From IMG/VR virus record IMGVR_UViG_3300037420_001397, positions 559 through 64,558 of that record: 64,000 nt of DNA; one strand, given 5' to 3'. The translations under genes were made by a program, and so were the position numbers. Positions 28,025 to 36,845 of the stretch are shown piece after piece (the stretch's first letter is position 1; every line of letters starts with the position of its first letter). Origin of the DNA: a virus. Taxonomy: Duplodnaviria > Caudoviricetes. The notes below the pieces were generated by a model. That model did no database searches. It worked only from the letters and a program-made list of their open reading frames with translations, and was not told the DNA's origin.

Positions 28025-28723
28025 TCAGGCCGCGGCTTTGCGGATGAGCTTCAGGGAGGAGCGACTTCTCCAGCCGCCCGAGTCCTTGCAAATAACGCCT
28101 TCGCCTGGGCGCACTGCGGTCACGATGTCGCGCTGGTCGCGGTGGCTCCAATACTCGAAGACCACCTCGACCTCATCACCCACCTGCAGCGGCTCGGTCA
28201 TGGGGTCGAAGGCGGCAGGCTTGGTGCCGGAGCGCTCGATGATCTCAAGGAATTCGCGGTGCTTCACCCTGTCGAAAACCCACACGCCGTCGTCGCCGCC
28301 CGGGTTGAGGTCCCACTTGAAGTGCAGCCTGACGCAGTCGTCTCCGAGTTCATCCATCTGCTCGATTACAGCGGTGCAGCCTTTGTTGATGGCGCCCTTG
28401 ATCTTGCGCACGCGGTCACCGACCTGCCAAGGGCTGGTCACGGGATCAACGACTTCAGCCTTGAACGCCACAGCGGCCGCGGACTCAATGGCTACGCCGA
28501 AGTCCGTCCGCGGGACATACGCCGGCTCGCGGTACACAATGGGCAACGACACCGGGCACTCACCGGCATAGCTGGGGGAGAAGCTGAGCTTGCCGTCGTG
28601 CTCGGACATCACGCCGGACTCGGTGTACCGCAGCGTTCCAAGGCGAGCGCTCAAGTGCGGCTTGAGTGCTTCGGGCTTGGTCTGTAGCGCGTTGCCCACG
28701 ACGGGGCCAAGAGCATGGGTCAT
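28025..28723 (-). CDS. Hypothetical protein with KOW/SH3-like segments
   Basis: WQVGDRVR and LQVGDEVEV. Confidence 0.6.
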   Translation of the reverse strand: MTHALGPVVGNALQTKPEALKPHLSARLGTLRYTESGVMSEHDGKLSFSPSYAGECPVSLPIVYREPAYVPRTDFGVAIESAAAVAFKAEVVDPVTSPWQVGDRVRKIKGAINKGCTAVIEQMDELGDDCVRLHFKWDLNPGGDDGVWVFDRVKHREFLEIIERSGTKPAAFDPMTEPLQVGDEVEVVFEYWSHRDQRDIVTAVRPGEGVICKDSGGWRSRSSLKLIRKAAA

Positions 28724-29197
28724 GCAGTTCTCCGTAGAGAGTTGCCGGCGCATCGGGCCGCCGGCGTGCCCGTTGGATCGGGTCAGACCGGCAGCTGGCC
28801 GGCGAAGATGAGGGCGATCAGCACCAGGGAGACGGCGATGGCCAGCGTGTCGATGACGTCGCCATGGCGCTCGCCATCGAGCAGGTGGTCATAGACGTAG
28901 CCGGCGGCGATGTCTGTCGCCTCCTGGGCCAGCGCCTCATCCGTGGCGTACAGGTCGTTCACAGGACCCTGGCCAGGACGGCGGCGACAGGCACTGCCAG
29001 CAGCGGACCGAGCACGGGCAGGCACGCGGCCATCAGCTCGCCCATGGTCGCGCCACCTACGCAGTAGGGCGACGGCGTGCGGCACTTGTGGCGGCACTGG
29101 CTACAGCGCTTGAGCTGCTCCTGCAGCTGTGCTTCCAGCGCATCCACGGCATTGGCGTCTTCCGGCCGGGCGCGGCGGTACATGACGTGATGGGTGC

Positions 29198-29491
29198 TCA
29201 TTGCCGCGCCTCGCCGGTGATGAACGTGTCGGTGCGGATGACCGCCACGCGGCCGGCAACGACATGCACGGCGGCGTCAGGTGCAAGCTCGTTGCCGCGG
29301 TGCAGAGCGGCGAAGCGCACGACGGCGCGGCAGTTCGCGCGCTGGCTGCAGCGGTCAGCACGCTCGCACTGCTCGCCGGGCTCGACGCAGTCGCAGCACT
29401 CGCGTTCGTGGCGGGCAATGAGCCAGAGCGGCGCCTGCTGGCCGGCGTGTTCGAGCCACTTTATGGCGACTTGGTGGGTGAGGGCGTTCAT
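29198..29491 (-). CDS. Hypothetical protein
   Basis: Coupled ORF, Cys-containing. Confidence 0.5.
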   Translation of the reverse strand: MNALTHQVAIKWLEHAGQQAPLWLIARHERECCDCVEPGEQCERADRCSQRANCRAVVRFAALHRGNELAPDAAVHVVAGRVAVIRTDTFITGEARQ

Positions 29492-29844
29492 GTGTTGCTC
29501 CCGGTGGCTGCGGCGATGGCGGCGTCTATCGCGTCGTCGGCATTGCTTACGCTGCTGCAATCCACATAGGTGCCGACCCAGAACAGCGAGCGGCAGAGCG
29601 GCAACTGCGTTTGCACGGCGCCAACCTCCATCTGCGACCTGATGAACCGATAGCGCGCCGCCTCGGCCTTCGCCGCTTCAGCCTCCGTGTGCAGGCTTCG
29701 CGCCTCGTCGGTAGCGCCTTCAAGCAGCGCGATGGCGCGCTTCGTCGCGTCGTCGTCCAGCTTGCCGGAGCGCATGGCGCCCTCCAGCCGGCCGATCACG
29801 CGTTGGGCGCGCTTCTCGAAGTCATGGCTGGCGGCGCCCATCAC
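29488..29844 (-). CDS. Hypothetical protein
   Basis: AEAARYRFIR...DDAIDAAI phage motif. Confidence 0.65.
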   Translation of the reverse strand: MMGAASHDFEKRAQRVIGRLEGAMRSGKLDDDATKRAIALLEGATDEARSLHTEAEAAKAEAARYRFIRSQMEVGAVQTQLPLCRSLFWVGTYVDCSSVSNADDAIDAAIAAATGSNT

Positions 29845-30398
29845 GCCACCTTCTGATAGCTCGCCACATCGCGCTCGGCGATGAACCGGTCTTCGGCAAT
29901 GGACACCGACAGAGGGCAGGGCTCCAGGCTCGCTGCGTGCGCGTCCTGCGCCGCCAGCTCCAGCGCATCACGCGCCATCTCGCTCAGGTGATGCCCGTAA
30001 TCGGCCTGGGCCACAAGCTGCCAGCGCGCGACAAGTTGCGGGGTAAACAATTCAGCATCGTCCATGCTGTTGGCGCGGCCTTCGATCCAGGCCGCCAAGA
30101 GCAGCGCCACGGGCTCGTTGTCGTCGTGGGTGGGCTCGTATTCGAGCGCCACCGGCACGGCACCGAAGGCGGCCAGGCAGAGGCGGTTGCCAGCAGCCGG
30201 ACGCGGGCGGCGCATGTCGGCGGCGAAGTCGATCTCTCGGCAGAGGGTGTCCACGGACGCGGCCAGGTACTCGGCGCGGGCGCGGTGATGGGCGGCGTCT
30301 GCGGTCTGGTGGCCGGTCTTGAGCTTGAGCTCGTCGGACTCGGCTCGGAGGCCGGCAAGGAGCGCTCGGTGCTTGATCTGCTGGGCTCGGCTGGACAT
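29841..30398 (-). CDS. First gene of the early-left operon, hypothetical
   Basis: Starts just downstream of PL. Confidence 0.65.
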   Translation of the reverse strand: MSSRAQQIKHRALLAGLRAESDELKLKTGHQTADAAHHRARAEYLAASVDTLCREIDFAADMRRPRPAAGNRLCLAAFGAVPVALEYEPTHDDNEPVALLLAAWIEGRANSMDDAELFTPQLVARWQLVAQADYGHHLSEMARDALELAAQDAHAASLEPCPLSVSIAEDRFIAERDVASYQKVA

Positions 30399-30436
30399 CT
30401 GGGCCTCCGCTGCGCCTTGGGTGGCGCGTTGGAGAA

Positions 30437-30478
30437 ATAGTAGCCACGCTGTTTGTGCCTGTCAACAGCGCCGCTACT
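30437..30478 (-). promoter_or_regulatory. PL promoter with OL operators
   Basis: TTGACA (30460-30465)-N17-TACTAT (30437-30442); 15-bp operators AGTAGCCACGCTGTT (30439) and AACAGCGCCGCTACT (30464). Confidence 0.85.
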
Positions 30479-30514
30479 GCAAAGCAATATTTTTAGATTT
30501 GGCGCTACTAGACG

Positions 30515-30540
30515 TGAAAAAGCCCGCACGGGGCGGGCTT
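30515..30540 (-). terminator. Terminator of the immunity operon
   Basis: aagcccgc-cccgt-gcgggctt followed by tttcac on the minus strand. Confidence 0.8.
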
Positions 30541-30622
30541 GGCCGGGGGCTTGATGGGCTTAGCGTGACGCTGGGGCGGCCGGCTGCGTTGCTGCGGCCG
30601 GCGTCGCACCTGGCGGGCGACG

Positions 30623-31090
30623 TTATGCCAGCGCAGCCAGCAGCTTCTGCTGAGGCGTCAGCGGCACCACGGCGTCATCGCGGCCAATCTCGCGCACCAC
30701 GTCGTTCCAGGCCACGTCGCGCAGCGGCTCAATCTCCATGGCGTCCGCCTCGCGGGCTTTCTCGACGGCCACTTGCAGCTCGGCCGCGGCCATGGTGCGC
30801 CCAGCAGTGCGCAGCTGGGCGTAGCGCTTCGCGTCCGCCTCGGCGGCGGCGGCCTTCTCGGCGGGGCGCACGGTCAGGGAGAGCGCTCCGAACGCGGCCA
30901 GGCACACAGCACCCGCGACGCTCACCCAGCCTGGAACAGCAGGGGCCAGCGCCGAAAGCGCTGCGCTGCCGCCGACGGCGGTCAGAAAGGTGGATGCGGT
31001 GTGCAGGCGCCGATACAGCCGGGCGGTGCGCAGGCTCAGCCGCTCCGCGTACCGGATGTCATTAAACAGGTCGGAAAGACTGCGCTCCAT
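30623..31090 (-). CDS. Two-TM protein, SLATT-like
   Basis: Helix, two TM segments, then AEKAAAAEADAKRYAQL; cotranscribed downstream of cI. Confidence 0.6.
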   Translation of the reverse strand: MERSLSDLFNDIRYAERLSLRTARLYRRLHTASTFLTAVGGSAALSALAPAVPGWVSVAGAVCLAAFGALSLTVRPAEKAAAAEADAKRYAQLRTAGRTMAAAELQVAVEKAREADAMEIEPLRDVAWNDVVREIGRDDAVVPLTPQQKLLAALA

Positions 31091-31103
31091 CAGACAGGCT
31101 TCG

Positions 31104-31190
31104 TCAGCGGCTGGGCGGTGGTGGTGGTGGTGGCGGAGGCGGTGGCCAAGGCCGCGGCGGCACATGAGACTTATGACCCCAAAAGAGCAT
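31104..31190 (-). CDS. Polyproline leader peptide (28 aa)
   Basis: MLFWGHKSHVPPRPW-P11-SR*; Pro codons are mixed (cca/ccg/cct/ccc). Confidence 0.45.
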   Translation of the reverse strand: MLFWGHKSHVPPRPWPPPPPPPPPPPSR

Positions 31191-31212
31191 TGTAGGTTCC
31201 AGCTCTAATGTG

Positions 31213-31782
31213 TTAGAGCTTCCCGGCGGATTCCTTGGCGCGCTGCCGCTTGGCAGCATCCTGACGACTCACTGCAGCCATATCGTTGAAGTCGACGGTG
31301 CATTCATCCACCCGGCCAGATCGCTCGACCGCCATGATGGTCGTGCGCGAACCAACCCAAAGCAGTTCCGCCACGTCGAACGCGGCGCCGGCCATGTTGG
31401 TGACCTTGGTTGTGGAGGTCTTGGATGGCGCCCCGTAGCGCTCGCGCAGCACTTCCACAAGCGCATTCCAATGAGCGTTGGGTGCCGTAATGCGGATAGC
31501 GGTGATGCTGGCGTCCTGCGCCGTGATGATGTGCGCCCGATAGTTGAAGCCAAAGTCAGGTAGGTGGCCCAACTCGAACACGGGACCAATTCCGCCGCCG
31601 GCTATGCAGATCTGCGTCGCTGGCGGCTTGTTAATGGAGCTTGGGCAATCCGGAATATTGAGCGCATCGAAGTTCGCACCAAGCTCGATGCCAAAGACGG
31701 TGCGCGGCTCTTGGGCCCATGGGGCTGCCATCGCGCCGTTTACAGCGCATGCGAGGGCTGCGAACGCGAGTGCCCGGCGCAT
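31213..31782 (-). CDS. Secreted protein, superinfection-exclusion candidate
   Basis: Signal peptide MRRALAFAALACAVNGAMA; directly downstream of cI. Confidence 0.7.
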   Translation of the reverse strand: MRRALAFAALACAVNGAMAAPWAQEPRTVFGIELGANFDALNIPDCPSSINKPPATQICIAGGGIGPVFELGHLPDFGFNYRAHIITAQDASITAIRITAPNAHWNALVEVLRERYGAPSKTSTTKVTNMAGAAFDVAELLWVGSRTTIMAVERSGRVDECTVDFNDMAAVSRQDAAKRQRAKESAGKL

Positions 31783-31787
31783 GTCCA

Positions 31788-32516
31788 CTATTCCCTGCGG
31801 ATATGGCTGGGCGGAACCTGGGCGCCGATGGCCAGGATCGCGACGACGTCGCTCATGTCGTGCGTTGCGCGTCTGGTGCCGTTCGGAGCCATCACCGTGA
31901 TGCTGTCGTCGCTGCGCATCAGCAGCTCGACGACCAGGTCGCGGCCGTCGCGCAGCTTGAGCAGGATGAATTCTCCAGGCGTTGGCTTCGTGTTCGGTTC
32001 GATCACAAGAGCCCAACCATGCCGAATGGCCGGGTAAGCCTCGTCGCCCTTCATCACGATGGCGTAAGCCTCTGGATCGGTAGTGGAGGCCTGAACATAG
32101 CCGCCACTCCCTTCCAGCAGTTCAACTTGGTCTTCTGACAACATCTTCCCCGTGGCAGTTACCTGTATTTTCCTCACAGGATGCAGGGGGGTTGGCTCAC
32201 CTGATGAGCCACCAGAGAACAAATCGCCTAACTCAAGGGAAACACCCGGGTCATTAGGGTCTTTTTGAGCAGCCCTCGCGGCCTCGTTCGCAAGCCTGGG
32301 ACTGAAGTCGGCCACTGCGCAGCCGAATGCTGCAGCGAATTTGAGGGCTGCCGCCAAATCAAGCTTCGCGCGGGCATGCAAGTACTGAGAAACCATGCTC
32401 TGGTTTCCGATCTTGTAGCGGCGACCGAGTTGCTCCTGGGTGGCGTCCGGATGCTTTTTCTTGTGGGCGACCCAGAGGCGCTTGAGCGCTGCTGCCTCGT
32501 GGTCGCGTGTGTCCAT
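31788..32516 (-). CDS. cI: CI-like repressor (HTH plus S24 domain)
   Basis: TQEQLG...QSMVSQYL HTH; S24-like C-terminal domain; divergent from cro. Confidence 0.9.
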   Translation of the reverse strand: MDTRDHEAAALKRLWVAHKKKHPDATQEQLGRRYKIGNQSMVSQYLHARAKLDLAAALKFAAAFGCAVADFSPRLANEAARAAQKDPNDPGVSLELGDLFSGGSSGEPTPLHPVRKIQVTATGKMLSEDQVELLEGSGGYVQASTTDPEAYAIVMKGDEAYPAIRHGWALVIEPNTKPTPGEFILLKLRDGRDLVVELLMRSDDSITVMAPNGTRRATHDMSDVVAILAIGAQVPPSHIRRE

Positions 32517-32540
32517 TGTTGCTAGGTCTGCCTGCATACA

Positions 32541-32605
32541 AGTAGCAATGCTACTCACGTGGGCAGTAGGTATGCTGTTGACATTCGCAGTAGCAACAGT
32601 ACTAT
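32541..32605 (+). promoter_or_regulatory. OR operators and PR promoter
   Basis: Three 15-bp sites at 24-bp spacing (32541 perfect AGTAGCA-A-TGCTACT, 32565, 32589); TTGACA (32578)-N16-TACTAT (32600). Confidence 0.9.
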
Positions 32606-32611
32606 TGCGCC

Positions 32612-32947
32612 ATGGAACAGAAGCCGAACCCGAACCGCGCTGTTGAGAAAGCTGTGTCATTGCTCGGCAGACAGGAGTTGTTGGCGGAAGCAGTGGGCAC
32701 CAAGCAGACGTTTGTGTCGGCGTGGGCAAGGGGCGCCCGGCCGGTGCCCAACGAGTTCTGTACCGCAATCGAGTGCGTCACCAAGGGTGCGGTCACGTGC
32801 GAAGAACTGCGCCCCGGAGTCCGATGGGGCCGAATTCCTGACCCAGATTGGCCGTGGCACCCACAGGGGCGACCTGTTGTGGAAGTAAAGCATGACGTTT
32901 GCGCGGCAGATGCCATGCCCACACCCCACGAAGTGGGCAACTCGTGA
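32612..32947 (+). CDS. cro: Cro-like regulator (YdaS family)
   Basis: QELLAEAVGTKQTFVSAW...AIECVTKGAVTCEELRP. Confidence 0.88.
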   Translation: MEQKPNPNRAVEKAVSLLGRQELLAEAVGTKQTFVSAWARGARPVPNEFCTAIECVTKGAVTCEELRPGVRWGRIPDPDWPWHPQGRPVVEVKHDVCAADAMPTPHEVGNS

Positions 32948-33150
32948 AGCGCACCCGCCCCGTGCCGGCCTACAAGGCGCGCACCGCTCGCCGCGCACTG
33001 GATCTCAAGTTGGCGCGGCAGCACACAGAGATCGAGGCAATGCACGCGAAGCTGATGGCGCAAGTCCAGCAGATGCGCGAGGCGCAAGAGACGCACGACC
33101 GAGCGGTGAACGCCATTGCGGCGCACACCAAAGGAGTCAGCAATGCGTGA
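32944..33150 (+). CDS. Hypothetical protein
   Basis: Coupled to cro. Confidence 0.55.
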   Translation: MKRTRPVPAYKARTARRALDLKLARQHTEIEAMHAKLMAQVQQMREAQETHDRAVNAIAAHTKGVSNA

Positions 33151-33272
33151 AAAGCTCTTGCGCCTCGCCGCCCGTGCGGTGTGGCGCGGACTGATGAGTC
33201 CGGCTGCGGCCCTGAGCTGCTGGCTCGGCCGCTTCGGGCGTGACGTGACGGAGACGGAGTTGGCCGAGGCGT

Positions 33273-33584
33273 TCAGCTTCCGACCCGAGCCTGAAGCCAA
33301 GCGTGAGCGGTGGACAGTCCGCATGTCTCGAACGGTCCTTCGACACGCACGAGCAGGTAGCGCGTGTCCGGTGCCCGAGCAGCTTCGAGGGCAGCGCTGA
33401 TGCGCGCGAACTCGCCATCCACCAGCAGGCAAAGCGCCGTGGCATCGGGCCGCACCATCGTTGGCGCACTGCCGCACGCCTTGCGCAGTTCGGACATGAG
33501 GCGGGTTGCCATGTCGGCCAGGGCGCGCTTGTCGCGCTCTGCTGGAAACACGATGACAAGGAACGGTTCGACCGTCGAGTCCAT
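33273..33584 (-). CDS. Counter-oriented hypothetical protein
   Basis: Strong AGGAGG RBS; 103 aa ORF opposite the early-right operon. Confidence 0.65.
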   Translation of the reverse strand: MDSTVEPFLVIVFPAERDKRALADMATRLMSELRKACGSAPTMVRPDATALCLLVDGEFARISAALEAARAPDTRYLLVRVEGPFETCGLSTAHAWLQARVGS

Positions 33585-33676
33585 GGGTGCCCTCCTGAGG
33601 CAACTGGCTGGTGTGAGAGCTACCAGTTTGCCTTGGGCAGGGTGCCCGCCCATCACCAACAGCAGGAGGTCTTGAC

Positions 33677-34033
33677 GTGTCCACAGCTACGCATGCTGAA
33701 CCCGCGCTTTCCGGGTCACAACCCTCCAACGTGTCACCCCATGGAGTGACCGGTCACAAGCTGTTTGGCTGCGCGCGCTGCATGTTGCGCAAAAGCGTGG
33801 AGGGCGCGCGGCGCTGGCTGCACATCGGTCGCGTGTGTGCTGAGTGCGACGGCATCCTGCGGGGCGTGCCCAGTGCTGCAGCGCCGCAGGCTGGTGCTCC
33901 GAAGCTCACGAAGTGCCCGGCAAAAGGCCTTGCAGCCGGATTCGATCCGAGAACACAAGTTGCGCCCGGCACACAAGTGTCAGGCTTCTTCACCCGCGAC
34001 TGGCAGGCCAAGCGCCGTGCCGCCGCCGTCTGA
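33677..34033 (+). CDS. Hypothetical protein (Cys-rich)
   Basis: CARC...CAEC; AGGAGG upstream. Confidence 0.55.
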   Translation: MSTATHAEPALSGSQPSNVSPHGVTGHKLFGCARCMLRKSVEGARRWLHIGRVCAECDGILRGVPSAAAPQAGAPKLTKCPAKGLAAGFDPRTQVAPGTQVSGFFTRDWQAKRRAAAV

Positions 34034-34385
34034 TCGCTTCCCCTCCACCACCTGGACTACACATGGACGCTTTTGCCGTTGGCACAACCTGGCGCCTGCC
34101 TTCGGGCCGTATCGCTCGCGTGATCGGCCATGCGTGGAAAACGCTGCACTTGGTGCTGCAGTACGAGGATGACGGGGACCAGGTGACGCTGAAGCGGGAG
34201 TTTTTGGCGGCGCGTGGGGTGGCGATTTGATTGGTGAGGACGCAGCCTGATGCCCGGCCGCGCCGCAGCACCAAGCAGTACCCACCATGTCATTTTTGCG
34301 CACGGCTAGGCTGATCCCCGAAAAGGCGGTCTCCCGGCCCGCCCTGCCGCTGCGACCCTTTCTGCCGGGTCTGTGCGGGACGGAT

Positions 34386-34943
34386 ATGGCCAAGATGAGC
34401 TATGGGGAGCAGCTGAAGCACCCGAACTGGCAACGCCTGCGGCTGGAACGATTAGAGGCTGCTGGCTGGAAATGCCAAGCGTGCGGCGACAAGGAAACGA
34501 CGCTGCACGTCCACCACAAGCAGTACGCCAAGGGGCGGATGGCTTGGGACTACCCGGCCGAGAACTTCGCTGTCTTGTGTGAGCCATGTCACGCGCAGGC
34601 GCACACGATAAGCGAGGAGATGGCCGCGCTTCTGGCGCATGTTGGGCACCGCAGCATCAGCGCGGCAATTCCGATGTTGGCTGGCTGGTTCGGATATGCG
34701 GTCTCGGGGAATGTGCTGCAGCCCCTCATAGACAAGGACACCCGGCTGGCTGCGGTAGGCGAAATGGCGTTCATGTTCCGCGTCGCCGATCTTGACAAGC
34801 ATGCAATCAGCCTGATGGCCGAGGCTTCAGCTGATGCGCAGTTCCTTAGCGACCTGCGGACCGCCTTGGATTCGTACAAGGAGCGTGACCAGCTCGCAAA
34901 GGCTGCTGGCGGCGACCCTCCGGGCGAAGGGCAACCAACATGA
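34386..34943 (+). CDS. HNH-like protein
   Basis: LKHPNWQRLR...CQACG...LHVHH...VLCEPCH. Confidence 0.8.
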   Translation: MAKMSYGEQLKHPNWQRLRLERLEAAGWKCQACGDKETTLHVHHKQYAKGRMAWDYPAENFAVLCEPCHAQAHTISEEMAALLAHVGHRSISAAIPMLAGWFGYAVSGNVLQPLIDKDTRLAAVGEMAFMFRVADLDKHAISLMAEASADAQFLSDLRTALDSYKERDQLAKAAGGDPPGEGQPT

Positions 34944-35986
34944 CCCAAAGCAGTACGCCGGTGCCGTTGGTGCCGGCGGAGGTTGACCTTCAGGACTTCA
35001 CGTTCATGCCGCTGGACGTGCAGCGGCTCCGCGACTCCGATCTGGCTGCCGCTGAAGCTCCTGAGGCCTTCCGGGCCAACGTACTGCTGTGGTGCGCGGC
35101 TTGGCACCAGGTGCCGGCCGGCTCGATCCCCGACAACGACCAGTGGCTGGCCAAGGTCTGCGGCTACCTCAGCCGCGGGCGCATCGATCCGACCTGGAAG
35201 AAGGTGCGCGATGGGGCGCTGCATGGCTGGCGCAAGTGCTCTGATGGGCGCCTCTACCACCCCGTGGTGTGCGAGAAGGCACTGGAGGCTTGGATCGAGA
35301 AGCTCGCGAACAGCCTGTCGGGCGCCGCCGGCAACGCCAAGCGCTGGGGCATCGACGTGGACACGAGCGACATCCGCCAGCAGCTCGCGACCGCGGTGGA
35401 CATGCTGCGCGCGCTCGCACCCCGATCCAAGACGTTGACCAAGAAGGTGGTGCTGACGCTCCTCAGCGTGTCGGGGGGCGATCGGGGGGCGATCGGGGGG
35501 CGAATGCCGAAGGATCGCAAGGGACAGGGACAGGGACAGGGACATATAAATACCCCCCATACCCCCCAAGGGGGGTCGGGCGGGGGGTTCGAAGAGTTCT
35601 GGAACGCCTACCCCAAGCGGGTCAACGAGACGGAGGCGCGCAAGGCCTTCGAAGAGCTCAACCCGGATCCCGAGCTCCAGTCCCGGATGCTGGCTGCGCT
35701 GCAGGTGCAGACCCAGTCCGAGCAGTGGAAGCGCGACAACGGCCGCTACATCCCGCTGCCGGCCAACTGGATCGCCGACCGCCGATGGTTCGACCAGTTG
35801 CCCATGCCTGGGTCGCCTGAGGGCGGCGGTTACGACCCCAACGCCTGGACCAAGGACCGCAGCAGCATCGAAGCCAAAGGCGTCGAGCTCGGCCTGGGCC
35901 CGTGGAACCGCGACGCCTTCGACCACGGCCAAGGCGAAACCTTCGCCGCCTACACCGAGCGCGTGCGCCGCGCCGCGAACCAGTGA
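34940..35986 (+). CDS. Replication initiator (DUF1376/YdaU N-terminus, DnaD-like C-terminus)
   Basis: FMPLDVQRLRDS...WHQVPAGSIPD; FEEFWNAYPKR. Confidence 0.85.
   Translation: MTQSSTPVPLVPAEVDLQDFTFMPLDVQRLRDSDLAAAEAPEAFRANVLLWCAAWHQVPAGSIPDNDQWLAKVCGYLSRGRIDPTWKKVRDGALHGWRKCSDGRLYHPVVCEKALEAWIEKLANSLSGAAGNAKRWGIDVDTSDIRQQLATAVDMLRALAPRSKTLTKKVVLTLLSVSGGDRGAIGGRMPKDRKGQGQGQGHINTPHTPQGGSGGGFEEFWNAYPKRVNETEARKAFEELNPDPELQSRMLAALQVQTQSEQWKRDNGRYIPLPANWIADRRWFDQLPMPGSPEGGGYDPNAWTKDRSSIEAKGVELGLGPWNRDAFDHGQGETFAAYTERVRRAANQ
35471..35544 (+). repeat. Iteron-like repeats, probable origin of replication
   Basis: 3 x TCGGGGGGCGA (11 bp) and 4 x GGGACA inside the initiator gene. Confidence 0.7.
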
Positions 35987-35993
35987 GCCCCGC

Positions 35994-36515
35994 ATGACCA
36001 GAACCGCCATCCGCACCCAGCGCGACGTCCGCGCCCGCTGCGAAAGGCGCAGCGGCTGCCACATCTGGACCGGCGCCGTGAGCCGCCGCGGCCACCCGCA
36101 CGCGACCATCGACGGCCGCACGCAGTACGTGCGTCGTTGGCTCTTCGAGCATCTGCATGGCTGGGTGCCGCGCATGGTCGGCACGACGTGCGAGAACCTG
36201 CTCTGCTGCAACCCGAAGCACCTGGTGCCGCAGGACGTTTCCGAGGTGCGCCGCCGCGCCGCCGCGAACGTGGCCCAGCCCGAGCTGCGCGCACGACGCG
36301 TGGCGCTGGGCCGCGAGCGCGCCGGCCTCGTGAAGGTCAACCAGGCCGCCGCCGACAAGATCCGCGCCAGCGACCTGCCGGCCAAGGAAGAGGCCAAGCG
36401 CTGGGGCATCACGCCCAAGCACGTCCACCAGATCCGCCAAGGCCTGCGCTGGCCGCCGCAGCATGCCGGCGCGATCGCCATGGCTGCCGCCGCGCTGCTT
36501 GGACCCGCCCCATGA
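35994..36515 (+). CDS. HNH-like/DNA-binding protein
   Basis: GCHIWTGA...CENLLCCNPKHL. Confidence 0.7.
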   Translation: MTRTAIRTQRDVRARCERRSGCHIWTGAVSRRGHPHATIDGRTQYVRRWLFEHLHGWVPRMVGTTCENLLCCNPKHLVPQDVSEVRRRAAANVAQPELRARRVALGRERAGLVKVNQAAADKIRASDLPAKEEAKRWGITPKHVHQIRQGLRWPPQHAGAIAMAAAALLGPAP

Positions 36516-36745
36516 CCCGCCCAAACCTCGCCGAGCTGGAGCACATCGTCGTGAAGAACCTGCGCACCGTGCGCGACTGCCTGGAAGCGCCGGACGGATC
36601 GCCCGCCGAGGCCGCCATGACCGAGATCGAAAGCTTCGTTGACGCGGCCCTGCGCCTGTGCCGCGCCAGCAGCGTGACCCGGCTGCGCGAGAGCTTTCGC
36701 ACCGTGGCCATCAAGGCGCACATGGACGTGAAGGAGAGAACGTGA
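36512..36745 (+). CDS. Hypothetical protein
   Basis: Coupled ORF. Confidence 0.5.
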   Translation: MTRPNLAELEHIVVKNLRTVRDCLEAPDGSPAEAAMTEIESFVDAALRLCRASSVTRLRESFRTVAIKAHMDVKERT

Positions 36746-36845
36746 CCCGCCCCCTGCAAGTCGTTGCCGTGATCGCGGCCATCAGCCTGTTTGCGTTCGC
36801 AACCTGGGCTGGATGGGCCGTGCCTGTGCCTGAGTTGGGAGGGTT

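Noticed and set aside
31091-31165. Natural His-tag N-terminus (RHHHHHR) on the 2TM protein
   Set aside because: More simply an alternate-frame reading of the polyproline codons; not fully excluded
34589-36721. 710-aa minus-strand ORF
   Set aside because: Shadow of the replication genes; no motifs
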